A DNA stretch of 64,000 nucleotides from a bacterium (lineage in GTDB: Bacteria > Hinthialibacterota > Hinthialibacteria > Hinthialibacterales > Hinthialibacteraceae). The DNA lies in contig CAXXMV010000008.1 of NCBI GenBank assembly GCA_963662285.2, positions 1,056,001 to 1,120,000 on the forward strand. The letters run 5' to 3'. The notes below the pieces were generated by a model, which had not been told where the DNA came from, made no database searches, and was given only the letters and a program-made list of their open reading frames with translations. Position 1 is the stretch's first letter. Each line of letters starts with the position of its first letter. A program made the position numbers and the translations under genes. This document shows positions 49,140-58,502 of this stretch, in pieces.

Positions 49140-49586
49140 TTATTCTTTGGCGTCAGCAACTTCAGCAGTTTCCGGCGCGGCTTCCGGTTCTTGCGGAGGT
49201 CGGCAGAAAATATCTATATTATGAAAATCTTTGACCATCTTACGTCTCGCCTTAACGCGCGTTGCTTTACCGATGCGCTCGCGCAGGTAATACAATTTGG
49301 CGCGACGAACGCGACCGCGACGCATTACTTTAATCGAATCAACCCGCTTGGAGTGAATCGGGAAAGTTCGCTCGACGCCTGTACCGTAGGATATTTTCCG
49401 TACCGTAAAGGTCTCGTTCATACCGCCGCCTTTGCGGGCGATGACTACGCCTTCAAAAGCCTGGATACGTTCTTTTTCACCTTCAACAACACGAATATTA
49501 ACGCGAACCGTATCTCCCGGCTGAAAATTGGGAAAACTTTCGCGTAGTTGACTTTGTTCAAACTGGGTTAAACCTGGGTGTTCCAT
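49140..49586 (-). CDS. rplS: 50S ribosomal protein L19
   Basis: [51 protein letters not shown]; GGAGG RBS fixes the start at 49586. Confidence 0.97.
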   Translation of the reverse strand: MEHPGLTQFEQSQLRESFPNFQPGDTVRVNIRVVEGEKERIQAFEGVVIARKGGGMNETFTVRKISYGTGVERTFPIHSKRVDSIKVMRRGRVRRAKLYYLRERIGKATRVKARRKMVKDFHNIDIFCRPPQEPEAAPETAEVADAKE

Positions 49587-49641
49587 TTTATGCCTCCTAG
49601 TAATGCTCGTCAGAGCACACAGAGTGAGTATTATAGTCTTA

Positions 49642-50205
49642 TTATCTATTTCCGCAAAGCCTATCAAGCATTATCGCCGCTGCGCTGCGAACCGATAGAT
49701 GATTGTATTCTCCAGCGCCATGAATCGGTTCCAACAACAAGTCGCAACGTCGAATAAATTCGTCAATCATTCCCCACCCCGTACCCAACAGGATCAGGTG
49801 TGGAGTCTCTTCCGTCTTAAGCCGGTCAGCTAAAAAATCGTAACCGACGCTGTTATCGGTCATTCGCGCCGATGTAGCTACCAGAATCGGTCGCTTATTA
49901 TGTCTTTTCTCAATATCTTCCAGGCAGCCTTCAAGATGTTCTTCGAGTTTGACAATCGACATGGCGTCGGTTCTAGTCTGGTTATACTTGGCGCCATAAT
50001 CGGTCTGCCAAAATCCTGTGATGCGCCGGGCTAAAAACTGCATAACCGGCAAATGATTTATCACATAGTAATGCTGAACTCCAAAAGTCAAACAAGAACG
50101 CCCGATGTCGTGAATATCCATAGGGGTAATTGATGTCGTTATAACTTCGCCAGTCTTCTTATACACGGGGTAATGCAGTAAGGCGACATAAAGAGGAGCC
50201 GTCAT
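49642..50205 (-). CDS. SPOUT-class SAM-dependent RNA methyltransferase (trmD-associated)
   Basis: [45 protein letters not shown]. Confidence 0.9.
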   Translation of the reverse strand: MTAPLYVALLHYPVYKKTGEVITTSITPMDIHDIGRSCLTFGVQHYYVINHLPVMQFLARRITGFWQTDYGAKYNQTRTDAMSIVKLEEHLEGCLEDIEKRHNKRPILVATSARMTDNSVGYDFLADRLKTEETPHLILLGTGWGMIDEFIRRCDLLLEPIHGAGEYNHLSVRSAAAIMLDRLCGNR

Positions 50206-50924
50206 TCGTTAGCGCCTCCCGGTTTCTTTGCGCCTTTCTCCATATAATTCCGGTATAAATCAGGGCGGCGTTGAGCGGTGCGTTCCAAAGCCTGATTCAA
50301 GCGCCACTTTTCGATCTCAGCATGATGACCGCCCAAAAGCACGTCCGGGGCGCTAAGCCCCATCACTTCTCTAGGCCTGGTATAACGTGGACAATCGAGT
50401 AACCCGGTGGTAAATGAATCATCTTCAACCGATCCATAAGAACTAACCACTCCCGGAATCAAACGCGCCACCGAATCAGCAATAATCATGGCGGGCAGTT
50501 CGCCTCCAGTGAGCACATAGTCGCCGATGGATATCTCATCCGGCTGCAGGATGTCAATCACCCGCTGATCAACGCCCTTATAATGTCCGCAGATGATAAT
50601 GATATGCGGTTTTACCGATAACTCTTCAGCGATGGATTGTTGATACATCCGTCCCTGGGGAGTGGTAAATATTATATGCGTTTCACAATCAGTCCGGCCT
50701 TGCAGATCCCGAACCGCTTCAATCAACGGAGGGGCCAGCATGACCATGCCATCACCGCCGCCATATTGCTCATCGTCGGTTTTATGATGCCGGTCTGTTG
50801 TCCAGTCGCGCAGATTATGAACGCGAACATCTATTATGCCTGCTTCACGGCCCCGCTTGATAATGCTCTCATCAAACGGTCCGCTAAACATCTCTACTAG
50901 AGTTGTCAGTATATCAATCTGCAT
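50202..50924 (-). CDS. trmD: tRNA (guanine-N1)-methyltransferase
   Basis: YGGGDGMVM, CGHYKGVDQR, SIGDYVLTGGE, YTRP. Confidence 0.97.
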   Translation of the reverse strand: MQIDILTTLVEMFSGPFDESIIKRGREAGIIDVRVHNLRDWTTDRHHKTDDEQYGGGDGMVMLAPPLIEAVRDLQGRTDCETHIIFTTPQGRMYQQSIAEELSVKPHIIIICGHYKGVDQRVIDILQPDEISIGDYVLTGGELPAMIIADSVARLIPGVVSSYGSVEDDSFTTGLLDCPRYTRPREVMGLSAPDVLLGGHHAEIEKWRLNQALERTAQRRPDLYRNYMEKGAKKPGGANE

Positions 50925-51459
50925 TCAATTGCTCATCAAAGTTCGGAAGTTCGACTAAAATCTCTTCATCATCCTTACGGATTTCTTTAATAAATTCCCG
51001 GTTGGCGGGAATTAGGATTTCTTGACCTGAACTATCGCAAACCACCAGGACGTCGCATTCGCCGGTCTCGATTATTTCCTTGACATGACCGATCTCATCT
51101 CCGTCTACTGTGATCACCTTAGCATAGAGAATATCCGCTTCATAAAAGGCGAAATCCTCCAACTCCGGTAAATCTCCATCAGAAACCCAAACCATCGATC
51201 CGCTCAGTTCTTCTGAAGCGTTTCGGCCATCAATAGACTTAAACTTGATAATAGGCCAGGTATCCGTACCACGAACGCGTTCTATTTCCAACTCCCTCTC
51301 AGGAGATTCCAAATTCACGCGTTCAAGGAACTCTAAAACAAACAAATCGCATCCAAAAGGCTTGAATTTAACCTCGCCGCTTAATCCATGCGGTTTGATA
51401 ATCTTACCTAGATACACACGATCTTTGGGAATTGATTTACGACTTCGTCGAAGAACCAT
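50914..51459 (-). CDS. rimM: Ribosome maturation factor RimM
   Basis: LGKIIKPHGLSGEVK, FYEADI, PRC-barrel DVLVV..EILIP; operon position. Confidence 0.92.
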   Translation of the reverse strand: MVLRRSRKSIPKDRVYLGKIIKPHGLSGEVKFKPFGCDLFVLEFLERVNLESPERELEIERVRGTDTWPIIKFKSIDGRNASEELSGSMVWVSDGDLPELEDFAFYEADILYAKVITVDGDEIGHVKEIIETGECDVLVVCDSSGQEILIPANREFIKEIRKDDEEILVELPNFDEQLNAD

Positions 51460-51516
51460 AATTTTAACCAGCTAATCAGTTTTATGAGAGAAGAAAGCAT
51501 CTCCACCAAAAACCAA

Positions 51517-51786
51517 TTAAGCCTTATCGTCATCCTCTGCAATTTCCACTAAGGTCTTCTTATCCTCAAGCGACCCTTTAGCGGAAACCAACAAACGCAG
51601 AGCGCGGGCGGTTTTTCCGTTACGGCCAATGATGCGACCCATATCCTCTTGATTAACCCGCAGAACAAACTCAACCGTTCCATCTTCCAGGCTCTTCTCA
51701 GACACAACCACATCATCAGGATGTTTAACCAATGACTTACAGAGATATATCAAAAAATCTTTCACTGAGTTTTCTTCCTTATCCAA
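51517..51786 (-). CDS. khpA: KH-domain RNA-binding protein (KhpA/YlqC)
   Basis: LVKHPDDV, DMGRIIGRNGKTARALR; between rpsP and rimM. Confidence 0.92.
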   Translation of the reverse strand: MDKEENSVKDFLIYLCKSLVKHPDDVVVSEKSLEDGTVEFVLRVNQEDMGRIIGRNGKTARALRLLVSAKGSLEDKKTLVEIAEDDDKA

Positions 51787-51871
51787 ACTGAAAACATATT
51801 CACATTCGGATTATTTTTACACATAACTGTTGGTAATGGATATCTAACAAAAACATCCATTACGCCGCAGG

Positions 51872-52291
51872 TTATTCCGAATCAGTTTCAGCCGGTTTCT
51901 CTTCCACAGCAACTTCAGGAGCCGGAGCTTCAGGAACCGGAGCTTCTTCAACCACAGGTTCGGCAACCGCTTCAACCGGAGCAGCTTCAACCACAGCAGG
52001 TTTATCGCTGTTTTCAAGGATTTCTTTATAAGCGCCGGAACGGAACTTCTGGATAAATCCCTGTTTCTTAAGAAGGTTGCGAGCTGTATCCGACAGTTCA
52101 ACTCCCTTTTCCAGCCATTTATAGATTTCAACTTCCTTAAATGACATTTGCGCCGGCTGCTTTACCGGATCATACCACCCGATGTTTGCAATAGTTTTTC
52201 CATCACGGCGCCAACGGGAATCGACCACAACCAGTCGGTAAAACGGAGTATTGCGTTTACCCATACGTTTCAGGCGAATCTTAACTGACAT
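51872..52291 (-). CDS. rpsP: 30S ribosomal protein S16 with acidic A/E/P-rich tail
   Basis: MSVKIRLKRMG..PFYRLVV.DSR..RDG..IG.YDP. Confidence 0.97.
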   Translation of the reverse strand: MSVKIRLKRMGKRNTPFYRLVVVDSRWRRDGKTIANIGWYDPVKQPAQMSFKEVEIYKWLEKGVELSDTARNLLKKQGFIQKFRSGAYKEILENSDKPAVVEAAPVEAVAEPVVEEAPVPEAPAPEVAVEEKPAETDSE

Positions 52292-52395
52292 TCAAAATCT
52301 CCTTTCAAAATCTAACTATCTTTTCTAAATCCAAATATATAGAAAACTGATATATTAGTCTCTTTTAATAAGTTATCTGAATTCAACGTTTTATT

Positions 52396-52480
52396 CCTAC
52401 CTCAAGCCTGGGGGAGGTTAGGAGGGGGTTGATTGGTCGAAACGCAACCCCACTCTAACTCCCCCCAGGCTTGGGGGGAG
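52396..52480. repeat. Inverted pair of REP family B-like elements
   Basis: aagcctgggggaggttaggagggggtt ... aaccccactctaactccccccaggctt; internal hairpin ctcccccc-aggctt-ggggggag. Confidence 0.7.
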
Positions 52481-52501
52481 AATTCTATATGATGCGTATC
52501 A

Positions 52502-53884
52502 CTACATTCCAGGAAACATATCTTTCATGCCCATAAGTTTTTTCATCATTTTTTTGTTCATCTTGGGCTTTTTAATGCCCCGTTTTTTTACGCCGCCGCC
52601 CGCCATCATACTCATCATCTGCTTTGTCTGGGCGAATTGCTTCAAAAGCCGGTTCACTTCTTTCATGGAGGTGCCGCTGCCCGTAGCGATCCTGCGTTTG
52701 CGGCTGCTATTAATAACCTGCGGCATTGTTCGTTCGCCGGGAGTCATGGAAAGAATAATGGCTTCAACGTATTTCATCTCACCATCACTCATGTCAATAT
52801 TCTTGGCCGCATCCATTCCACCCATACCGGGCAGCATGGATAACATAGAGCCGATGCCGCCCATTTTGTTCACCTGTCGAATCTGACTCAGGAAATCATC
52901 CAAAGTGAATGTTTCATTGAGAATCTTCTTTTGCAAAGCCAGCGCATCTTCTTCACTGATATTGGCTTTGGCTTTTTCGATCAGGGATAATACGTCGCCC
53001 ATACCCAGGATGCGTGAAGCCATGCGGTCCGGATAGAAAGGTTCAAGATCATCAAATTTCTCTCCCATACCAGCGAAGAGAATAGGTTTTCCAGTCACGT
53101 AACGAATGGATAAAGCGGCGCCGCCCCGCGCGTCACTATCCAGTTTAGTCAGTATAGAACCAGTGATCCCAAGACTATCATTAAACTGCTTGGCTTGGTT
53201 TACCGCATCCTGACCAACCATGGAATCGACGACCAGAATGATGTGAGTCGGTTTCCAGAATTTCTTTATCCTTGAAACCTCTTCCATCATATCTTCATCG
53301 ACATGCAGACGACCCGCGGTATCGAGAATAACCGTATCGCATCCTTCATGCCGCGCATGTTTGCTGCCCTGTTTTGCTATTTCAACAGGGTCGGCGTCAG
53401 TACCCATTTGAAAAACAGGCACGCCTACCGTCTCACCGACAACCTGAAGTTGTTTAATAGCCGCAGGTCTGTAAACATCAGCGGCGCAGAGCATCGGCTT
53501 ACGCCCTTCGCCCGCCAATCTCTTGGCCAACTTGGCCGCAGTAGTCGTCTTACCGGAACCTTGCAAACCAACCAGCATGATCCGCACGTCAGAAGCTGGT
53601 AGATCGAGCGAGCCTTCTTTACCGCCCAGCAGATCGACCATCTCTTCATTAACGATCTTGATTACCTGCTGGCCGGCATCCAGACCTTTGAGTATTTCAA
53701 CGCCGAGAGCGCGTTCCTGGATTTTCCGGCAGAAATCTTTGGTAGCATTATAGTTAACGTCCGCTTCCAGGAATGCCAGGCGGACTTCACGAAGAGCTTC
53801 CTTGATTAACGGTTCTGTAAGACGCGCTTTACCCGTTAAGTTTTTGACTATTTTTTGAAAACGAGTTGTCAGATTTTCAAACAT
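52502..53884 (-). CDS. ffh: Signal recognition particle protein Ffh
   Basis: GLQGSGKTT, DVYRPAA, DTAGR, TKLDSDARGGAALS, RILGMGD, Met-rich M domain. Confidence 0.98.
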   Translation of the reverse strand: MFENLTTRFQKIVKNLTGKARLTEPLIKEALREVRLAFLEADVNYNATKDFCRKIQERALGVEILKGLDAGQQVIKIVNEEMVDLLGGKEGSLDLPASDVRIMLVGLQGSGKTTTAAKLAKRLAGEGRKPMLCAADVYRPAAIKQLQVVGETVGVPVFQMGTDADPVEIAKQGSKHARHEGCDTVILDTAGRLHVDEDMMEEVSRIKKFWKPTHIILVVDSMVGQDAVNQAKQFNDSLGITGSILTKLDSDARGGAALSIRYVTGKPILFAGMGEKFDDLEPFYPDRMASRILGMGDVLSLIEKAKANISEEDALALQKKILNETFTLDDFLSQIRQVNKMGGIGSMLSMLPGMGGMDAAKNIDMSDGEMKYVEAIILSMTPGERTMPQVINSSRKRRIATGSGTSMKEVNRLLKQFAQTKQMMSMMAGGGVKKRGIKKPKMNKKMMKKLMGMKDMFPGM

Positions 53885-53962
53885 ATTCGCCGCCGTACTA
53901 TGTAATCCTTATACTTCCACACTATCCGATGATTCAAGCAAAATATTTTGATGCTATATTAT

Positions 53963-54352
53963 TTATTGCATCCCAATTATATCTTTGATGCGTTTAACCT
54001 GCTTCTGAATTGGAATCATATCATAAGCAATATCTACGCTTGTCAGTTTAGATAACCTTGTTATTTGTTCTTTTAATTCATCAATATCTATATCCAATGA
54101 AGACGAACTATCTGGCTTTTCCTTGCTGGATATCAATCCTAAATGTTCTTCAAACCGCAACAAGGATTTCTTTCCATGCGATATAGTATCGTGCACCGCC
54201 TGACGGGAAATATTCTCTGTCTCGGCAATTTCACCATAGGATATATCTTCGCTGTAATAAAGGTCAAGAAAATCCCGTTGACGGTCAGTCAACAAGCCGC
54301 CATAAATATCCAGCAAAGCTCCGATTCTCTGTTTTTCTTGCAATGATTCCAT
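53963..54352 (-). CDS. ylxM: YlxM (UPF0122) sigma70-region-4-like HTH protein
   Basis: LLDIYGGLLTDRQ..LDLYYSEDISYGEIAE...ISRQAVHD; directly upstream of ffh; ATG 54352. Confidence 0.9.
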   Translation of the reverse strand: MESLQEKQRIGALLDIYGGLLTDRQRDFLDLYYSEDISYGEIAETENISRQAVHDTISHGKKSLLRFEEHLGLISSKEKPDSSSSLDIDIDELKEQITRLSKLTSVDIAYDMIPIQKQVKRIKDIIGMQ

Positions 54353-54398
54353 ATCAAGAACCCTACCTGAATCCACACGTAAATAACATCCACTTGAC

Positions 54399-54427
54399 AG
54401 AATATTTCTCTCCAGACAATCAGTCAA
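54399..54427 (-). promoter_or_regulatory. Putative sigma70 promoter of ylxM-ffh
   Basis: Minus strand TTGACT-N17-TATTCT, bracketed by inverted CTTGAC/GTCAAG hexamers. Confidence 0.55.
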
Positions 54428-54601
54428 GCATCATACACTGCCAGCTTAAAATAAAATTCATCCATAGAAAACCATAAGTTATTAATAATCATCGACCTGA
54501 AAACCATAAAAATTATTGTATTTCCTGATTATTTGATTTATTTATGCTATCATCCGTAACAGATCAGTATCATCAACGTTTATAAATCAGATAAATATAC
54601 T

Positions 54602-56299
54602 ATGGTTACTATTTCCAATTACCAAACAAGAACCGCTCCGTCTGTATTACAACAGACCATATCAATTATTTTAAATGGACAATCCCTGGTTTTGCTGCGT
54701 CGCCAGGTCAATTTGCTCTTTCGACAACCAATAGGTTTCTGGTTATTCGGCTCAGTATTGATTTTGATATCATTTGGATTTGTCACCCAATATGGCGCCC
54801 TGGCCGCAAAAACATACGATCTATCACAATTATCTATTATCGGAAATACGCTACTCAATAACTACAGGCTTTTTACCTTTATCACCCTCGTCATAATGGT
54901 TCCCATTATAGGAGTTGCTTCCATCACTCAAGAGCGTGAAGCGAATACGCTCGATTTAATGCTCACCACCGGGATCACTCCCCTGGAATTCATTTTCTCC
55001 AAAGTAGCCTCATCTCTCGCGGTTATATTTGTCGCCATTTTTGCAACACTGCCCATCCTGGCTATAACCCTATCCATGGGAGGCGTCAGCCCCTTGGATG
55101 TTATCGCTATGTTCTTATTAGAGATATTCATAGCCATATCAGGAATTTGCGTGGGTATATCCATGGGCGCCATGATGGCCAGTTTCCCCATCGGCCTGAT
55201 ATCCTCTTATACTATCATTCTGGTAATATTCTATCCCGCATGGCGTATGGCGGCCTTTGGAACAGTGAACGAAAACTTATTTCGCGCCTATCCCGGCATA
55301 GTAGCAATGATGTTCTTGTCATTTGTATTAATTAGACTTGTACCTGCCCTATTGACGCGTGAGATCAACAAAGTCAAACCTAAATCCTGGCGCCCTATCT
55401 CTATAAAAGGCGTCGATGCTCAATTATGGACTTTCCTGGGAACGCGGGATTATTTAGAACCGATTCAGTCCAATGAAAATCCCATTTACGTTTCTGAACG
55501 CGAACGGTTTCTCTCAGCCGTCACCCGGCGCGATTTCGATGCGCCGTCAGTTCTCTGGCTTGTTTCCATTCTCTTATTTTATATTGCCTTGAAAAGCCCG
55601 ACTTTCATGCTGCAATTTGAATATGTAATCGTGTTGTTCTTCGTTCCATCCGTGGCGGCCACCATGTTTTCGGGTGAACATGAACGCAAGAGTTGGGAAT
55701 CACTCAGAGCTTCTTTAATATCATCCACTCAAATATTTTGGGGGAAAATCCGCCTGGCTATCGGGCAGGGTTTGGTTCACGTATACGCCTCTTATATTCC
55801 AGCGCTTATGGTTTTAGGCATGATCTGGTTGTTGATATCTTTTAGAGCCGAAACATCCTACTACAAAACGATAAATCTCTTTACCGTCTGGGGTGGACAT
55901 GGGCTGATTCTTATCATAGTCAGTATAATGGTCTGCTTTATCTCATCTCTATCAATGTTTATATCATCACTTTACAAAAGAAACCTCTATGCCTTGATGA
56001 CCGCTTACTCTATTACTTTCCTCTTCCTGTATTTGCCGATTTTCCTCAAACAGATGCACCCATTCCCCGGCGCCGTACTCGGCGGCGAACATCCAATGGA
56101 TATTTTCTCCTACATTTTAGGGGTATGGCATTCACCTTTTATATTCAACGTATGGCCTAAAGTTAAAACGAATAATGCTCAAGCAGTGATCAATCCACTA
56201 TTCTGGAAACTTTATATCGCTCATTTATCATTGCTCGCTTCAGGAACCGTCTTCTTCTTCATAGCAACCTGGAGACGAATAAAACTTTCAGAAGAATAA
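54602..56299 (+). CDS. ABC-2/GldF-like permease with two internally repeated membrane domains
   Basis: ASITQEREANTLDLMLTT..FIFSK and FSGEHERKSWESLRAS..IFWGK; about 13 TMs. Confidence 0.8.
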   Translation: MVTISNYQTRTAPSVLQQTISIILNGQSLVLLRRQVNLLFRQPIGFWLFGSVLILISFGFVTQYGALAAKTYDLSQLSIIGNTLLNNYRLFTFITLVIMVPIIGVASITQEREANTLDLMLTTGITPLEFIFSKVASSLAVIFVAIFATLPILAITLSMGGVSPLDVIAMFLLEIFIAISGICVGISMGAMMASFPIGLISSYTIILVIFYPAWRMAAFGTVNENLFRAYPGIVAMMFLSFVLIRLVPALLTREINKVKPKSWRPISIKGVDAQLWTFLGTRDYLEPIQSNENPIYVSERERFLSAVTRRDFDAPSVLWLVSILLFYIALKSPTFMLQFEYVIVLFFVPSVAATMFSGEHERKSWESLRASLISSTQIFWGKIRLAIGQGLVHVYASYIPALMVLGMIWLLISFRAETSYYKTINLFTVWGGHGLILIIVSIMVCFISSLSMFISSLYKRNLYALMTAYSITFLFLYLPIFLKQMHPFPGAVLGGEHPMDIFSYILGVWHSPFIFNVWPKVKTNNAQAVINPLFWKLYIAHLSLLASGTVFFFIATWRRIKLSEE

Positions 56300-56313
56300 C
56301 CTACCAAAAACAA

Positions 56314-56339
56314 GTAGGGTGCGCCCCTCGTGGGCGCCC
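56314..56339 (+). repeat. GTAG-type REP-like palindrome
   Basis: GTAG-ggt-gcgccc-ctcgt-gggcgc-cc between convergent genes. Confidence 0.55.
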
Positions 56340-56376
56340 GAAACATTAAACAACGTTGATATGCAAAGGTAGATTA

Positions 56377-58482
56377 TCAAATACACACGTTAGCGGTAAA
56401 TTGGTAAATATCGCCTAATGGTTGATAAAATATCGCTCTACGGTCGGATATGAATTGACCAAGAACCCGGTTTAATTCATTCTGCGTATTGAGTTCTGTT
56501 ATAGGCCAAATGATTTTAAGCGAATTCAACGCCTCTTGTTTGATCCCTTCCTCAATATCAAAAACAAACCTTTTCCAATATTTAGAAACATCGAGTTCAA
56601 TGAATTCTGCATCATTGATTAAAATCCGAAGTGGCGCCTCCATCTGTTCAGCATAGGGTAACCGCAATGTAATTTCGAAATGAATCGATTTCTTCAGGCT
56701 GCAAAAAAAGAGAAATTCATTTTGTAGTGAATAAGACCGGAAATAGCCCAATTTATCCAGACAAAATGCCTCTGATTGTTCCCACGAACGAATAGCAGAA
56801 TAGGGCTGGAGTAAATCAATCTTCTTTTTGGCTGCATCATGGTGCGCAGACCGGATTCGTTTAATCGGCGACAATGAATGTTTGTCTTTTGTTTCATAAA
56901 ATTCTATGTTGTCAACTAGATGGCGATAGGAAAATGGACCAAGAGTTCCCAGGCGGTAAATAACATATTTATCGCCATTATCCCAGGTTTTTTGATAAGC
57001 GGATGTCATTATAGGGGGTATTGGAATGCCCGCTATTTTGGTCCATTGATTCAAATTATGATATGTAGTCTCATTACTCCCGGCAGCGACTCCACAATGA
57101 TGGCGGACAATGGCGCCGGGCTGTCCCCACGAGGCATTATGATTGGCGGCCAGCAAATGAGCTCGAGTCAAAACCTCTGAAGGTGGATCAAACGCTTCAT
57201 CAATAAGACTTTCAACGCAGCACTCTGCATCACACAGCTCGGATAGCAGTTGCCGCGCTGTTGAACTCATCGAAACTTTAATTCCCAGCGCCGTCAAATG
57301 GCAATAGTCAAAAAACAAGCGTCGATCCGGCAATTCATTGTTCAGGTAGTTCTTAAAGATAACGGGTAGATCAATCAGTTGAATGTTGAACTTACTGGAT
57401 TCATTACGCAGATGATCTTGAATAAAACCATAACAACGAGGCGTGTTTAACCAATGCCAAAGTTCAGCGTCCCTGGCTTCTTTATAATAGTGTTCACTTT
57501 TATCCGCATTCCCTTGTTCGCAATAAAACTGCGCTAACAATGACGGCGCTATTGATGATGATCCCTTATCTATGGCGGTCATCTCTAATAGTTGCGCTTC
57601 AATTTCGTCTTCATCATTGCGCTGTAAAGCATCCTTGGCATCGCCAAAAACTTTTAACCACCTATTTGTATCCTGGGGTTTTAAATATGGAACAGAATGC
57701 CGGGTATCATTTTTGTAATCAACCAGGTTAAATTCCGGGAGAACGAAAAAGATACGGATGTTTCTCTTTTCCGTAATTTCAAGACAGCATTGCAACAAAG
57801 ATTGAATTTGCTCTTTTACCCAATCTTTTAGTCTTTCTCTATATTCAATTATTGATCCACTCTTTGAGATAATTCCTGCAAATTCAGCGGCTTTTTTTTG
57901 TAGCAAATCATTGTATGCGAGCCAGTTATTTCCTGCGAATAAAACCAGGCAATCCGGTTCAAGTTTCAGCGAGTCTTCCATTAAATACTGTAAATCTTTA
58001 ATCCCCAGATCAGCGCGAGCCAAATCAATAACTTCAAATTCATCACAACCGTTATTATTTTTTATGCTGCTATTCAAAATTGTTTCAAGCACCGAGGCCG
58101 GAGTATAATGCGGCTCAAGAAAAAAACCTCGCGCGACTGATTCTCCTATAAACACAACTCTTTTTTTTGAACTTTTCGGTGGAATATACTGACAATCCGC
58201 CCACATCCCCGCTTCGATAACATCTACATCGGGATTTTTAATATAGCCTGGATTATTATCATCTGAGTCAGGAATCCAAATACCAATTCCATGATTTTGC
58301 TTGCCAGAATTTGGCGCTTGATATGTAGATTCTTCCGCCTGTTGTTTGGGAACAGGATTACCTAAGAGAGAGCATGTATTTAATTCCTGGATAAGATCAA
58401 AAGGTTCATGTGACTGGTGCAGCCGTTCAGCGATCCGGTCGCAGATTTCTTTCTGTTTATGGAGTAGTTCTCTGTTTATCAT
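56377..58482 (-). CDS. SGNH/GDSL-like protein with TPR-like insert
   Basis: RVVFIGESVARG (block I), VLFAGNN (block III), FFDYCH (block V); helical TPR-like segment. Confidence 0.65.
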   Translation of the reverse strand: MINRELLHKQKEICDRIAERLHQSHEPFDLIQELNTCSLLGNPVPKQQAEESTYQAPNSGKQNHGIGIWIPDSDDNNPGYIKNPDVDVIEAGMWADCQYIPPKSSKKRVVFIGESVARGFFLEPHYTPASVLETILNSSIKNNNGCDEFEVIDLARADLGIKDLQYLMEDSLKLEPDCLVLFAGNNWLAYNDLLQKKAAEFAGIISKSGSIIEYRERLKDWVKEQIQSLLQCCLEITEKRNIRIFFVLPEFNLVDYKNDTRHSVPYLKPQDTNRWLKVFGDAKDALQRNDEDEIEAQLLEMTAIDKGSSSIAPSLLAQFYCEQGNADKSEHYYKEARDAELWHWLNTPRCYGFIQDHLRNESSKFNIQLIDLPVIFKNYLNNELPDRRLFFDYCHLTALGIKVSMSSTARQLLSELCDAECCVESLIDEAFDPPSEVLTRAHLLAANHNASWGQPGAIVRHHCGVAAGSNETTYHNLNQWTKIAGIPIPPIMTSAYQKTWDNGDKYVIYRLGTLGPFSYRHLVDNIEFYETKDKHSLSPIKRIRSAHHDAAKKKIDLLQPYSAIRSWEQSEAFCLDKLGYFRSYSLQNEFLFFCSLKKSIHFEITLRLPYAEQMEAPLRILINDAEFIELDVSKYWKRFVFDIEEGIKQEALNSLKIIWPITELNTQNELNRVLGQFISDRRAIFYQPLGDIYQFTANVCI

Positions 58483-58502
58483 GGATTGATATCCCGTGGT
58501 CT

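Noticed and set aside
49587-49667. N-terminal extension of L19 in the ORF track (likewise the longer YlxM start at 54427)
   Set aside because: The GGAGG RBS supports ATG 49586 and the extension overlaps the upstream gene. The YlxM TTG coincides with the predicted -35 box.
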